DNA of 64,000 nt from Octopus sinensis (taxonomy: Eukaryota), in NCBI RefSeq assembly GCF_006345805.1, contig NC_043011.1, positions 57,734,464 to 57,798,463 on the forward strand, in the 5' to 3' direction. The position numbers were made by a program, and so were the translations under genes. Below the pieces are notes generated by a model. That model made no database searches. It saw nothing but the letters and a program-made list of their open reading frames with translations, and was not told the origin of the DNA. Below, one piece after another: positions 12,113-25,275 of the stretch (position 1 is its first letter; the number at the start of each line of letters is the position of its first letter).

Positions 12113-12627
12113 GTGTGTGTATGTAATTGCTCTACCGATTCACTTTAGTCGTCTAGTTTCCTTCAACATTAAAAATTCTCATATTTCAACGAAAGAAAGT
12201 AAAGTTATATGTTCCTCGAATTACATACTTAATTGTTTCCCATTAATTAAAAGCACATATTTCTTTACTCTAAATTCATTTGAGTTAAATACCGCCCCTC
12301 TTTGATGTTCGAATCTTCATCTTCATTATGTTGCAATTAGTTCTCTTTAATTGTTCCATTAATGCTTTCAACTGTTAATAAATAACATTCTTACAGAACC
12401 CCCTTTTGCTCAAACATTGATTTAACTGTCTCATATAAGTTAAGTTAACCCTACAGTTTTAAGAAACTTCTTCAAGAAGCTCTTATATATATATAAGCGT
12501 ATCTAAGAGATACCACCATGCTCTTAGATACTCTTATTTATAATTTTTATAAATATTATAAGCTATCAGGTTTGTCTTCCCATGCTTCTCCTTGATTTGA
12601 TCGCTATTTAAAATAATGGTCTTATCC

Positions 12628-12696
<69 letters not shown>

Positions 12697-12697
12697 A

Positions 12698-12733
<36 letters not shown>

Positions 12734-13129
12734 GTGTGTGTATACGAGCAAAACGCCCCCCGTCCAATGGACGGTGCTGCGTTGTCAAACAGTTAAACCA
12801 AATTATCTCAAAACAACGTTTCGAACCGTCCCATAGGCCTCCCCTTTGAGAAACACTGATTTAACCTAAATTTGAGACACCAGCAAAAGAAGAAATAAAG
12901 ATAGACTTTTCTTCTATTCCAAAGAAAATTAATTTTATTCACACAAATATGCAACCGAAAATTTTAAAGTACCGGTAATGATAAGGCTGTTGACTGGGAG
13001 AACACAAACATGGTTTAAACAGTAAGCTTTACAGGAAAGAAACGTGCTTTTAAGCAGTACAAAAACAACAAAAATGGGAAGGTGCAGTTATGTACAGGTT
13101 GACGGAAGAAAAGCAGGACAAAAACGGCT

Positions 13130-13295
13130 TTATCGATCGCATTCTCACCTGAAATCGATTTTTGTAAGTTTTGCAAGACTTATACATGCCCTGATAACGT
13201 CAGTATCTACATATCAAATTTGAGCGCAATCAGATGGAGTATGCCTGAGATTCGAGAAGACACACAGACAGACAGAGCGGATTTTATATAGGATA
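13130..13295 (-). mobile_element. Helitron/DINE-like non-autonomous element, 5' part
   Basis: Minus strand starts (T)CCTATATAAAATCCGCTCTGTCTGTCTGTGTGTC and contains GCGCTCAAATTTG; no 3' CTAG end was found. Confidence 0.45.
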
Positions 13296-13397
13296 TATAT
13301 ATATATATATGCTTGTGTCTCTGTATGTGCACACACATACACATGAGTATGTGTGTGTATGTGTGTATTGTGTGTATATGTGTGTATATGTATTTAT

Positions 13398-13520
13398 GTG
13401 GAGGCGCAATGGCCCAGTTGTTAAGGCAGCAGACTCGCGGCCGTAGGATCGTGATTTCTATTCCCAGACCGGGCGTTGTAAGCGTTTAATTGAGCGAAAA
13501 CACTTAAAGCTCCACGAGGC
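13398..13520 (+). mobile_element. tRNA-derived SINE family B (octopus OR-like), 5' part
   Basis: GGAGGCGCAATGGCCCAG...GACTCGCGG...GAGCGAAAACAC. Confidence 0.85.
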
Positions 13521-13861
13521 TTCTTCTTCTTCTTCTTCTTCTTCTTCTTCTTCTTGTTCTTGTCCTTCTTCTTCTTATTGTTCTTCTTCTAATCAGGACT
13601 AACGCCATTAGCCACAAAGAATAATCTCTAATTCGAAGCTACTCTAAGCTACTAAGAATGCTTGTGGCAATTTGAAGATTCACCCACCAAACTGGCGGTT
13701 GCACGGGTGCGAAAGCTACGCTGTTATCCTCATTCCGTAAACGGTGGCTTTTAACGTGTGGAGAGCTGAACCATCCTGGGGTACAGAGGATTCGCAATTT
13801 GGACTAGGGTCTGAAAGTTTACCAGACCATAGTGGGTTACACCATGGTTCCTCTGCTTTGT

Positions 13862-14005
13862 GGCAGAAGCAGGAAGAAAGAGTGAGAGAAAGTTGTGGTG
13901 AAAGAGTACATCGGGGTTTCCCTCCCCCGGAGCCTTGTGGAGCTTAGGTGTTTTTGCTCAATAAACACTCCTCGCAATGCCCGGTCTGAGAATCGAAACC
14001 GCATT
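13862..14005 (-). mobile_element. SINE family B fragment, inverted relative to 13398
   Basis: Reverse complement matches TTCGATTCTCAGACCGGGCATTG...GAGCAAAAACACCTAAGCTCCAC. Confidence 0.75.
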
Positions 14006-15294
14006 CAACCAGTATACGAAGTTTAAAAGTGTTTAGTTACGTGGAAATTATTTTAAAAAACTGCCGGTCAAACTGAAAGGATCCGAACCCTCGTCGTTGT
14101 AACCGACAGTGTGATGTAGTAATATGTATTTATATACATCCATGTACATTCTTCCTGACTAGATTTTTATTCGTTTCATAAATACAAAAAAAAAGAAGAA
14201 AGGAATATCATTGTTAGAAATGTGTTATTCTTTTTTTCAGCATTTAATCACGTTGATTTTATTATGATTTATTATTTATGTTTCCAAATTCGTAAAATCT
14301 ATATTATGTTTCTCTGTTTCGCATTATCTCCTTCCTGGTTCCTTCATCTGATATCTTCTTTTTCTTTGAGGTTTACTTCGGATTTTCGTGAAAACATGTA
14401 TTTTATTTTATTCTCTATTGAAATCATATTTCATATAATTAAATAATACAAGGTTCACCACGTTTTTTTTTGGTGTTTTCCATATAAAGTATGCAACCGA
14501 ACTTACTAAAAGTATGGAACCTTCCAAGAATATGCGGAGATTATTCTATTTTATCTGAATGCTGTATCTCCTTGATCTTCAAAGTGGTGAAAATTAAGAA
14601 TTAATCTCTACGTAGAATAAATAATCAAAATCTAGGAAAAAGATCAATAGCTATAAAACATAATGGTAAAAAAAAACCAACCTGGGTTCAACTACAATAT
14701 TTAAAGGAATGCCTATAAATCTAACATTTAATAGTAAATAAATAAAAAAGACGAATATTACATGTTTAATCAATAATTTTATTGTAATAAAAGATATATA
14801 CCGAAACACAATTGAAATGTTGTATTCTTTGATGGCTCAGAATATCGAAAAGTTACGATAGGACTTGCACTTAGAATCGTTGATAATGAAAATCTTAAAG
14901 AAATATTCTCTCAGAAAGCAAAATATCACATGAACAAAAGATCTAATTTAAAAGAAAAAAATCTTCACGCATGAACCAAAATGTTTTCTCGTGCCAGATA
15001 TCTATCATATGTCAGAGAAAATTTAAGGAATATTACCTTTAAAAAACAATACGACGGGGAAAGGTGATATGTATTTATCCATCTATCTATTTGTCTTTAT
15101 CTGTAGGACTGTCTGTCTGTATCTTTCCATCTGCATCCTCATCTATGAATCGATCGATCTATCAGTCAATCTACATCTATATATGTATCTATATTTCTGT
15201 TTATAAACACTCACTCCCCCTCTCTCTCTTCCTCTCTCTCTCTCTCACTCACATACACTCACAGACAAACACACACACACACATGTATTAGTCC

Positions 15295-15600
15295 TGGAGC
15301 AGTCATTCTGAAAGTGATGGAGCACTCATTTTCTGTAATCAAAATGTCACTGGAAGAAATAGTTGAAAAGTAGACATTTTACAAATGCTTCTTCCTTCCC
15401 TTTATTTCTTCAACCTCTTCTTTGAGACTTTCACTCTGGCAACGTACCAGCATGATAATTCTTCTGCTCATTCTGCCAAACTACTGTAAAAAAGAATTCC
15501 TCATCATCACCTTGAGATAAAGACTTTGAATGGGTCTGGACATTGTCCAGAACTGAACCTTCCTGAAATATCTGTGGCAGGTTATTAAGCCAAATCTGAA
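15295..15600 (+). mobile_element. Tc1-like DDE transposase remnant
   Basis: Translates YQHDNSSAHSAKLL*...LNGSGHCPELNLPEI, matching the Tc1 QQDNAPxH and WPxxSPDLNPIE motifs. Confidence 0.65.
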
Positions 15601-15869
15601 TTCAATAAATTTTCAAAGTATCAAATCTTTATTTGCAACTGTCCAGGGTGAATGGTACAAATTGCAGTTCACATTATTAAAAGACTCTGATAAAAGCATA
15701 GTTTAAAAAATTATAAAACAAGGTAATTTATGTGGAAGCATCGCTTGTTAAATTTCGTCTTGAATAGTAAATTTTTAAACATTGCGTACGAATATTTTCA
15801 ATATTTTTACGTTCTGATTATTTTTGTTTCATGTATGCAAGACTGATCAGAATTCTACAAGTACTGACT

Positions 15870-16085
15870 TAAAATTTTGGCACACGGCCAGCAATTTTGG
15901 AGGAGGGGGTAACTCGATTAAATCAACCCCAGTACTCAACTGAATAATTCTTTAATCGACTCCTAAAGGATGAAAGGCAAAGTCGCCCGACCTTTTCGCA
16001 ATTTGATTTCAGAACGTAGCAGCGAACAAATTGCCGCAAAGAAATTTTTCCGCCGTGTTTAATGGATTTTGCTAGTTCGCCGCCT
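15870..16085 (-). mobile_element. SINE family A (diverged)
   Basis: Core GGATGAAAGGCAAAGTCG; head TTCGCCGCC. Confidence 0.8.
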
Positions 16086-16299
16086 TCAGTTTTTTTCAAA
16101 TATTAACATAGGTTTTGAAATATATATTAAGGATGTATATGTATAAAAGGGAAAAAAAGAAAAAGACACATAGAAATACACATATATATATATACACGTA
16201 TATATACTTGTATATATACTTGTATATATACATGTATATATATATGTGTGTGTGTGTGTGTGTACATATATATATGTGTGTGTATATATAATACATGTA

Positions 16300-16343
<44 letters not shown>

Positions 16344-16541
16344 TCTTTTACTCTCTTACTTGTTTCAGTCAATTGACTGTGGCCATGCTGGAGCACCGCC
16401 TTTAAAATATATTAATTATATTACCACGACTGCCACTGCGAAGTTCCTGGAGTAAATCTACGGGTTACAACAAGTAACCTAATCTGTGCCGGTGTTTTTC
16501 TAATCCTCTATTTATACATACCTATATATATATGCCATGTA

Positions 16542-16576
<35 letters not shown>

Positions 16577-16602
16577 GAGTAGTACATATATGTATGCATA
16601 CA

Positions 16603-16650
<48 letters not shown>

Positions 16651-16849
16651 GTGTGTGTATGTGTGCATGAGCGTATACACAAAGTAAGAGACTGATGATA
16701 ACTTCAAAGCTTCAGTTTGCCCCCCCCCTTACAGTCTGATGAAGGCCTGCGAGTAGAAACGTCGAAGTCACTGACAACCTTTTCGTTGTAAAATTTTAAT
16801 AAGCATGTGCTCTACTAAGAAGTATTGAGTAATTCTTCAGTATAATATT

Positions 16850-17010
16850 CTTTTCTACTTTAGGTATAAGGCCCGAAATTTTTGGGGAGGGGGCGAGTCG
16901 ATTAGATCGCCGCCTGTACACAACTGGTACTTAATTTTATCGCCCCCCACCCACCTCGAAAGGCAAAGATCCACCTCAGCGGAATTTGAACTCGTAAAGA
17001 TAGACGAAAT
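16850..17010 (-). mobile_element. SINE family A, 5'-truncated
   Basis: Tail and core through GGAATTTGAACTC. Confidence 0.8.
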
Positions 17011-17072
17011 AATGTTTACACACATACACGCACGCATACATATATATTTATACACATATAGACGCGCACACA

Positions 17073-17168
<96 letters not shown>

Positions 17169-17929
17169 GTATATTGAAGTCATACGAGACAAGTGTTAAA
17201 ATACAAATTAGTGTCATTAATAAGTTCAGTCATTGAAGTCTGAAGCTACACTTTGTCACTTCTCCAAGCTTACCCAGAACCCCTCCGAGCTTGCCCAGAA
17301 GCCCTCCAAGTCCTTACGCTATTTAAGTTTTGAATTATTAAAACACACGGGGGTCAATTGTCTTTTGCTTCCGATGTTACAGGTCAGTGAAATGTTTCTC
17401 ACAAATAACGTCTGTCTAATGCTAGTACAAGCAAGCTGTCAACCAATGAGTAATTACCCTGTCTGCGAGTGTAATAAATATCTTAAAAGATATTTCGTTT
17501 ACTTTCTTATTCTTGTTTGCATCATGTTTACTCAACTTTTTATAGACTATATCAAATTTTTGCAATATATTTACACTTAAAAAGTGATATCGTTTGATAG
17601 CAGATCTGACTTCAAAAGGTCAGATATTAACTCATACCGAAAGAGTAGAAGCATCAGATACTCACCAACTTAATGATATCTGCTCATTCAGTCACCCGAG
17701 CATATGTCGTTCCAGCTAGAAAAACCTGTCTCTCGACTCCACTCGAACTCCATCTTTTTGCACCCGGTTTTGGTTATTTGTCTCTCTAAGCTTACGTGTT
17801 TGCGAGGGTGTTTTTAATGCACCTCGGCTTTCATGGTACTATGAGTCGAGAATTACGTGTGTTCTGAGCTTTGATAAGATGATACAGGTCAAGCGACTAA
17901 GTTTAACGCTGCGTTTTGTTTTCTGTTAG

Positions 17930-17971
17930 CTTTCACTTTGGCTCAGGAGATGAACAGTTGTGTCAAGAAAG
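17930..17971 (+). other. Candidate 42-nt internal micro-exon
   Basis: Branch-like GACTAAG (17895-17901), pyrimidine tract GTTTTGTTTTCTGTTAG and donor AAG|GTAATC. Length is divisible by 3, with two open frames (FHFGSGDEQLCQE; FTLAQEMNSCVKK). Confidence 0.4.
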
Positions 17972-18014
17972 GTAATCGTGGCGTTTGTCTTGATGATTCA
18001 ATATAGACTGGATG

Positions 18015-18230
18015 CTAAGGCGGAGACTTGGCAGAAACCTTTAGTACGCCGGGCGAAATAATTAGCGGTATTTCGTCTGTCTTAACGTTCTGAGTTCAAA
18101 TTTTGCCGAGATCGACTTCGCCTTTCATCCTTTCGGGGGCGATAAATTAAGTACCAGTTGTGTACTGGGGTCGATCTGATCGACTGGCCCCCTTCCCCCA
18201 AATTTCGGACTTTGTGCCTAGAGTAGAAAA
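18015..18230 (+). mobile_element. SINE family A
   Basis: Head, B box, core and tail present. Confidence 0.88.
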
Positions 18231-18639
18231 AAATATAGACCGGATGCTTCGAAACAACTAGATGTTCTACAGTCAAAGTGGGTCCACAAAGGTGTCGATC
18301 GATCTGCAAGTAACAACAAACTCTTACTCGCGTTATATCCAACAATCAGAATAAAGGATCACATCAGAAAATATGGCCCTAGATACGATGCACAATATTT
18401 GAAGAAAAAAAAGCACAATTTTCACTGTTAAAATTCCTATGGCCAGCTATTTCTCGCTCGGGGTAGATCTACCCCTAAAATTCCCCAAACCAGGGTAACA
18501 CTACTCTGTTTCTGTATTCATCGATTTGTACACAATCGATTATCTATTTGTTCTTAATTGTTTTAGACTGCGGCCATGCTGTTGCACAGCCTTCGAAGAT
18601 TTGGTCGATCAAACTGACTCCAGTATTTACCTGTTCGAA

Positions 18640-18875
18640 GGCGGTGAGCTGGCAGAGACGTTAGCACACCGGGCGAAATGCTTTGCGGTATTTTGTCTGC
18701 CGCTACGTTCCGAGTTCAAATTCCGCCGAGGTCGACTATGCCTTTCATCTTTTCGGGGTCGATTAAATAAGTAGCAGTTACGCACTGGGGTCGATATAAT
18801 CGACTTAATCCGTTTGTCTGTCCTTGTTTTTTCCTCTCTGTGATTAGCCCCTTGTGGGTAGTAAAGAAATAAGTA
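18640..18875 (+). mobile_element. SINE family A
   Basis: Near-consensus full copy. Confidence 0.9.
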
Positions 18876-18879
18876 TTTG

Positions 18880-19190
18880 CCTGTTTTAGACTGGAGTTAT
18901 TTTATCGGCTCTTTAGTGAAACCTCTGAGTTACGAGGAGGCAAATAAATCAATTCCTGTTCTCAAGCAGTGTGGGATGTGGGGTGAGAAACACACACACA
19001 CACACATACTTATACGCATATACATGCCAGGCCTAGATAGCGCTTCTGTCAACCAAATTCATTTACAAAGCAATTGTCGGCCTAGGGTTATAATAGAAGA
19101 CACCAGCCCAAATAGCAACTCTGTAGTACCGAACCAGAAACCACATGGGTGCAGAGCGAACATTTTAACCATGCAGCCATACTTGCGCCA
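18880..19190 (-). mobile_element. SINE family C (CORE-like, octopus OR-like)
   Basis: Reverse complement starts GGCGCAAGTATGGCTGCATGGTT and contains GGGCTGGTGTCTTCTATTAT (CORE-like TTGGGCAAGTGTCTT region). Confidence 0.7.
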
Positions 19191-19574
19191 GATTGTAATC
19201 TTTTTTTTTTGCCTGGCAACGGCGAGAAACTGTTTCCTTTAAACAAAACAAATATGGCAGGGTCTTCTGTTATTTTAGACTTAATTTCTAAATATTCGCC
19301 TCCTTTTATTTTTTTCTCTCCATTATTAATTTGCAAACCGTAGGTTTATCTTTGCTAATTAAGTGACATACATTGCTTTTATTGCTGCATCGAATAGGCT
19401 GGGGGTGAGGGTTGAGTTCAGAAGGAAGGTTAGAAATTGTGAGATTAATATTCTGGATTAACAATTACTTTTCAATTTTAGCGGCAATTAAAGTAATGAA
19501 GTAATATAAAATGGCAACAAGAACAATTACAAAATAACAAAAAACGATAAGTGTGATTTTTCACATTCGCATTA

Positions 19575-19637
19575 GGCCACTGCGCTAGTAGTAATAAAAA
19601 CGATAATAATAATAATAATAATACAACAACAACAATA

Positions 19638-19692
<55 letters not shown>

Positions 19693-19753
19693 CAATAATA
19701 ATAATAACTACAACAACAACAATAATCATGATGATGATAATAATAATAATAAT
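19575..19753. repeat. Compound (TAA)n/(CAA)n/(TGA)n trinucleotide array
   Basis: Read directly. Confidence 0.95.
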
Positions 19754-19938
19754 CTTGAGAAGTACATGGAACAAATATGGGCTGCAAAAAGGGTGGAGCA
19801 CTTGCAGAAAGCATCACTGCTTGGAGCCGCACGAATATTCCTGAAAGGTGCTCGAAAAATTACAGGTTGTACATTAGTTCACTGGTAGTGAACAGCTGAC
19901 ACCGTAGCATATCTCCAGCGTTAGAAGCTGTGCAAAGG
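19754..19938 (+). mobile_element. R4/Dong-like RLE LINE, extreme 3' end
   Basis: LEKYMEQIWAAKRVEHLQKASLLGAARIF plus a 3' UTR, flanked by (TAA)n on both sides. Confidence 0.75.
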
Positions 19939-19943
19939 TAATG

Positions 19944-19994
<51 letters not shown>

Positions 19995-19996
19995 AT

Positions 19997-20703
19997 AGAC
20001 CAACTGTGATAAGTACTGAATTGACAACACTACCGACAGCAACAAATGCAGACTGTGTGGAAAGAGGTGTGAATCGGTATGGCATATCGTTAGCGAATGC
20101 CCGAAATTGGCACAACGCGAATACAAAAGATGCCATGACAATGTGACAAGAATGATTCATTGGGAACTCTGTGGAAATCACGTCCTAGAAAGAGCAAAGA
20201 CGTAGTATGAGCAAACTCCAGGAGTCACTGAAAATGAGAATTGCAAAATCTGGTGGGATGCAATGATCCAGTGCGATCACCTGACCAGACATCGGAAACC
20301 GGACATTGTTGTGGTGAATAAAAAAGGAAGAACATGTATGATAATCGACATAGCTTGCCCCAGTGACAATAGGATCAATGTGAAAGAAGAAGAAAAAAAT
20401 AAACAGTTATGATGATTCAAAGTGTGAAATACGAAGGTTGTGGTCAATGAAGAGAGTAGACGTGATACCAATAGTTATTGGTGCACTTGTAAGTATCAGC
20501 ACTCAACTACCAATATGACTGAAAAAGATCGGTACAAATGTGAAGGTAGAACACCTACAAAAATCAGCATTGCTTGGAACTGCAAAAATTCTTCGCAGGG
20601 TTCTTGAAGTATGGCTAATAAAACAAGTGCCACCTTAGTCTGCTGGCTGTGGACAGCTGACACTTACCATCATACCCTGCAAAATAGGCGGGGTATGATG
20701 GAA
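19997..20703 (+). mobile_element. R4/Dong-like RLE LINE 3' fragment (CCHC knuckle + PD-(D/E)xK endonuclease)
   Basis: CRLCGKRCESVWHIVSEC...HDNVTRMIHWELC...KPDIVVVNKKGRTCMIIDIACPSD...EHLQKSALLGTAKILRRVL, with stops and frameshifts; flanked by (TAA)n. Confidence 0.88.
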
Positions 20704-20784
20704 TGATAATAATAATAATAATAATAATAATAATATAATAATAATAATAATAATAATAGTAATAATAATAGTAATAATAATAAT

Positions 20785-20975
20785 AGACCAAATATAGCAA
20801 TCATAGATAAGGGAAAGCGAAGATGCTTACTTATCGACCCCTGATGCCCGTTTGATTCCAGGATCGTAAAGAAAGAAAGAAGAAAAACAAAGAAAACGCT
20901 CTCCCTTAAAATTTGAAATAGGAAGAATTTGGAGCATGGGAACAGCAAAGGTCGTGCCTATAATAACTCGTGCTC
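20785..20975 (+). mobile_element. R4/Dong-like RLE LINE fragment
   Basis: RPNIAIIDKGKRRCLLIDP*CPFDSRIVKKE...FEIGRIWSMG, directly after (TAA)n. Confidence 0.7.
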
Positions 20976-22349
20976 TTCTTTTTTGTGGTTGTACTTTTAA
21001 TCATTTCCTGATTTAAAACCATCCCTTGTCGAGGGTGCTTTACATAGGATCATCTCTATCGTAAGCTTAACAGTCTCAGGATCTCCCATCTTCGACTCTG
21101 GAGATGGTGTAAAGGTTAATGTGTGATACTTCTTTTCCTTTCACTAAAAACCTTTAAAATGAAAAGCAGCAAAATCTTTTCCAACTTTCTTCTCCGTGTC
21201 ATTTCACATCACATTTTTAGTGTATTACATCCATCAAACTCTATCGTGTTTCTCTTTAATCCAAGTGCAAGTTGTTTTCTTACAATCCTTGTAACTAATT
21301 TACTCTTTTTTTCCTAGACCTGTATTTTATTCCATATTGTGTATACCAAGATATTTAATAGTCACAGCTTTACCGAATATCTACTCCGTCTGTGATTGCA
21401 GTTGTGTCTTGAGAATTCACAGCTCTGTTTTACTTGAAGCTATGTTTCTAATTATTTTTCTGGTTTATTGTTTCAATGTTACCTCAGAGCTTTTCTTACA
21501 CTTTCGTTATTGGTTTTATAAATCAAAGCAAGCACTCTAGGATTATATAGGTGAGGGATGAATGAGTGTGCGTGATAAAAAAGACAAAAACGACAAGCAG
21601 ACGACAGCAGAGAGAAGAGAGTAAAGGAAATTACTTGGAAAACAGTTTTTTAAAAAATATTTTAGGTGAGGTGAGATAAAAGGAATACACATTTCATAAA
21701 AATTCTCTCAAAAGTCAGATCTCACAGCATTTCAGAATGTTTACACATTAAGTAAAAGAATGATTCATACAAAAAGGAAAAAGAAAAAAACCCGACTCCA
21801 TTGAAATCTGGTCTTTGATGTTCGCTTTTGATTTTCAACCAATCTCTACTTATTTGTAATGTGGGATCATAACTAATCTTTACAGCTGCTCTAATTTGAC
21901 AGCTAGTTACTTCGTATCAGATAAATAAGAGACACATGTTGTTTTGACTTACTTGCTATAGATTAGTATAACAAAAACTTTAAGTATCTTAAAGAAACTC
22001 TAAAAAAACAGCTTTGTGGTTTCAGTTATTCACAAAACATCCATGATGCTGTTGATATTTTTGTTGCGTGGAGTAAAACTAATCAAGGAATTTATAACCA
22101 CAACTGACCATCTTTTTTTTCTACCAATAACTACATTATACAATGTATCCTTCGCGTTTTATAACTGCAGGATATGTAATCTGCGAGAAAATTGGCTACT
22201 ATTTCGAGCAGCGTGAGCGATACACTGATTTGCCTTCATTAGTTCCAATAATTTCATTATAAATTAGAAACATTCTTTTGTCGAGTTCTGTTCATACCCA
22301 CTTATTGATATTTCCGTTGATATAAGTTATACACTTAATACCACTATGT

Positions 22350-22383
<34 letters not shown>

Positions 22384-22794
22384 GTACACATACTTTTATA
22401 TATATATTACATAATTCACATTATTTGTATCAATCTCTTAATAACTAAAGCACCAGAAATATATTTTAAATATATGCACGCATACATATGCACATGTACC
22501 CATACACACACCTACACATACATACCCACGCACACACCCACCCATATGTATAAATCATTATACGCAATTAATTCATTAAATTATTATTTATGATTAATTT
22601 TGGCAGCAAAGCTTGAACATGATTTAAGTATATTAATATGTTATAAATATCCAATCTGCTTTCAAATATTGAATTACAGCGAGTTATGAGCCATTACCTA
22701 CCACGGAATTATTTTCATCTCGATAACTAGAACCAATTTAATAATTAATTTCGAAAATAAAGAAATTAAGAAAATTAGTGTAAAAATATTTGCT

Positions 22795-22975
22795 CGTTAT
22801 GATATCAGCATGGCCAAATGGTGGAAAAGCTCGTTCCATAATCTCTCAGTCCTGGCTTCCATCCCACTGCCATGGCATCTTGGGTGAATGTTTTTTTTAG
22901 CAAGCCTCAGGTTAACTCAGCACTTCTGAATAACATCCAAGAGATGGAAACATGGCGGATGCCTGTTAGCTAAAA
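22795..22975 (+). mobile_element. SINE family C (diverged)
   Basis: GCATGGCCAAATGGTGG...ATCCCACTGCCATGGCATCTTGGGTGAATG. Confidence 0.6.
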
Positions 22976-23337
22976 GATTGTAACTGTAATTCAGGATTCA
23001 TTTTGTTAGGGTAACATTTGTCTGGGGTGTCCTCAGCCGTTTATATGCTAATAAAATGTGGGACTAAATACTCATCAGCAAAATCGATGGAGATCCATAA
23101 CACAGTACAATGGAAAAGAAGAGGAGGTAGAAATGTAGAGAGACTCTTTATGCTGGAGGTGTGGAATTCATTACTCGCATTTAGATTTCAGACCGTTCAC
23201 CGATGGAAGACTTACACATATATATATAAACCCGACACAAAGCCAGGCTCTAAACCTGAAGACCGAAACTGGAATTCAGCAGAAACAACGAAATAATGTT
23301 ATATACAATGCAAAAGTATAATGTAATATAACAGCTT

Positions 23338-23640
23338 GTGGAGGCACATAGCCTGGTGGTTAGAGCAACTGATTCGCGGTCGAGGGATCGCGTGTTCGAA
23401 TTTCAGACCGAGCGATGTGTGTATTTATGAGCGAAACTCCTAAGCTCCACGGGGCTCCGGCAGAAGGTAATGGCGAACTTCTGCTGACTCTTTCGCCACA
23501 ACTTTCTCTCACTCTTTCCTCCTGCATCTTGCAGCTCACCTGTGACGGACCGGCGTCCTGTCCAGGTGGGGAACCTATACTCCAAGGAAACCGGGAAATC
23601 GGCCGTTATGAACCAGGCATGGCTCGAGAAGGAACAAACA
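23338..23640 (+). mobile_element. SINE family B variant
   Basis: GTGGAGGCACATAGCCTGGTGGTTAGAGC head and GAGCGAAACTCCTAAGCTCCAC body. Confidence 0.8.
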
Positions 23641-23869
23641 ATACAACAGTTAATCATAATTGTAAAATATCGGCTACAAATGATGTGATTCTTAAAGTGA
23701 TGAATGCTTCTTTGTGGAATAATTAAAATTATTTGCGGCTGAACGAAACTACAGGTGTGAAATAAGGTGGAAGGTAAGAGAAAGGGTGAGAAACGTAATT
23801 TACTCCGATATTTCTATATTTTTTGTAGACTTTAAAAAACACTTTGGCACTAAATTAGGCACCGGCAGG

Positions 23870-24120
23870 GGGTGGTGGCGAACCCTGCTGTACTCGTTCA
23901 CCACAACCTTCTCTCACTCTTTCTTCTTGTTTCTGTTGTACCCGTATTTCAAAGGGCCAGCCTTGCCACACTCTGTGTCACGCTGAATCTCCCCGAGAAT
24001 TACGTTAAGGGTACACGTGTCTGTGGAGTACTCAGCCACTTGCACGTCAATTTCACGAGCAGGCTGTTCCGTTGATCGGATCAACTGGTATCTTCGTCGT
24101 CGTAACCGACGGAGTGCCGT
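23870..24120 (+). mobile_element. SINE family B, 3' part
   Basis: Matches 45920-46150 (CTACGTTAAGGGTACACGTGTCTGTGGAG...CGTAACCGACGGAGTG). Confidence 0.85.
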
Positions 24121-25089
24121 AGTATATAAATAGATATAATGAAGCAAAATGCATCTTTCTGCATTAAACAGACACGAGACTCGGTTTTGTACGATCTAAA
24201 AATAGTACAAGTTTCTTGAAATGGCATTCTTGATTCGGTAACGATGCTTTCCACCCTCACTGCGACACACACTCATTAAGAACCTCGTTACAAAAGTACA
24301 TGTGTCATAATGTTCAAATATTCAGGTCAGCTTATCCGTATCAATCATCGTTCCATTGTCTGCCTGCTTTATTAAAAAAAACATTCGACAAACATTTGCT
24401 TTGAGGTTCTTAAATTATTGATGGAATATTCCGTTTTAAATATTGATTTGTAAATTCTTGTCATAGGATCACAACATAAAGTTATTTGAAGTACTTTGAT
24501 ACCGTCTAATTTACGAGTCAGTAATTTGTTAAAATAACTGCATCTATTGTTCTTCCATTAATTAATGTATAACCATTGGTCTGATCCTAAACTACAAATA
24601 GTCTTTGTATAATTTTTTAAGGACTTTACAGGCATGAATGTCTTTAGTTTGTTATCTTTCTTGAGTTTTTCCAAGTTAAAGCTTTATGTCTTTGTTGAAA
24701 TACCAAAACCAATTTGTTCTGAAGGAAGAATGCGAAGAAGTTATGTTGTTTGTTTCTGTAAGAAAGTCAAACTAACAAGACTTAGGAGGAGGAGGAGGTG
24801 GAGGTATGTTCACACGAAAAGTTATTCGTGAAGGTGTGACCAAGAAACGGGATATCGATTTTAAAAAGGTTGTTTCTCAACGAAGTTTTTTTTTTCCATC
24901 TTAACAGATTCGAAAATAAAAGAAAAATATGCAGTTCTACGAGATCGGGGTTTTAGGGCAACAAGAATCCCTTACATGTATACACGACCCCGCCCCCCCT
25001 CATTCCTACCAGCCTCAGAAACCCTGTACGCGGATTACGAACCTATTAGTTTTGCATTAAACAACTGTATTAACATTTCTTTTGACTAA

Positions 25090-25275
25090 AACACACATGG
25101 ACATACACAGACACACAGACACACAAAAGGGACTTCTTCAAATTTTCCGCCTTCCAAATTCCATACTTAATGTTATTGACCAATCACTGACTCCCGTTGA
25201 TGACACTAAGAAAGAGTGGAGTCCAATCGAACCTGGAAGCACGTTGTTGTCAAGCCAACCGCTTCGCCATGCAAC
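25090..25275 (-). mobile_element. SINE family C (diverged)
   Basis: Reverse complement GATGTGGTTGCATGGCGAAGCGGTTGG...GGTTCGATTGGACTCCAC. Confidence 0.6.

Noticed and set aside
23000-23060. GNICLGCPQPFIC (cystatin-like LGCP word)
   Set aside because: In-frame stop follows immediately, and the surroundings look like degraded repeat sequence.
23250-23290. CTGAAGACCGAAAC
   Set aside because: No stem II between core halves and no stem I pairing.
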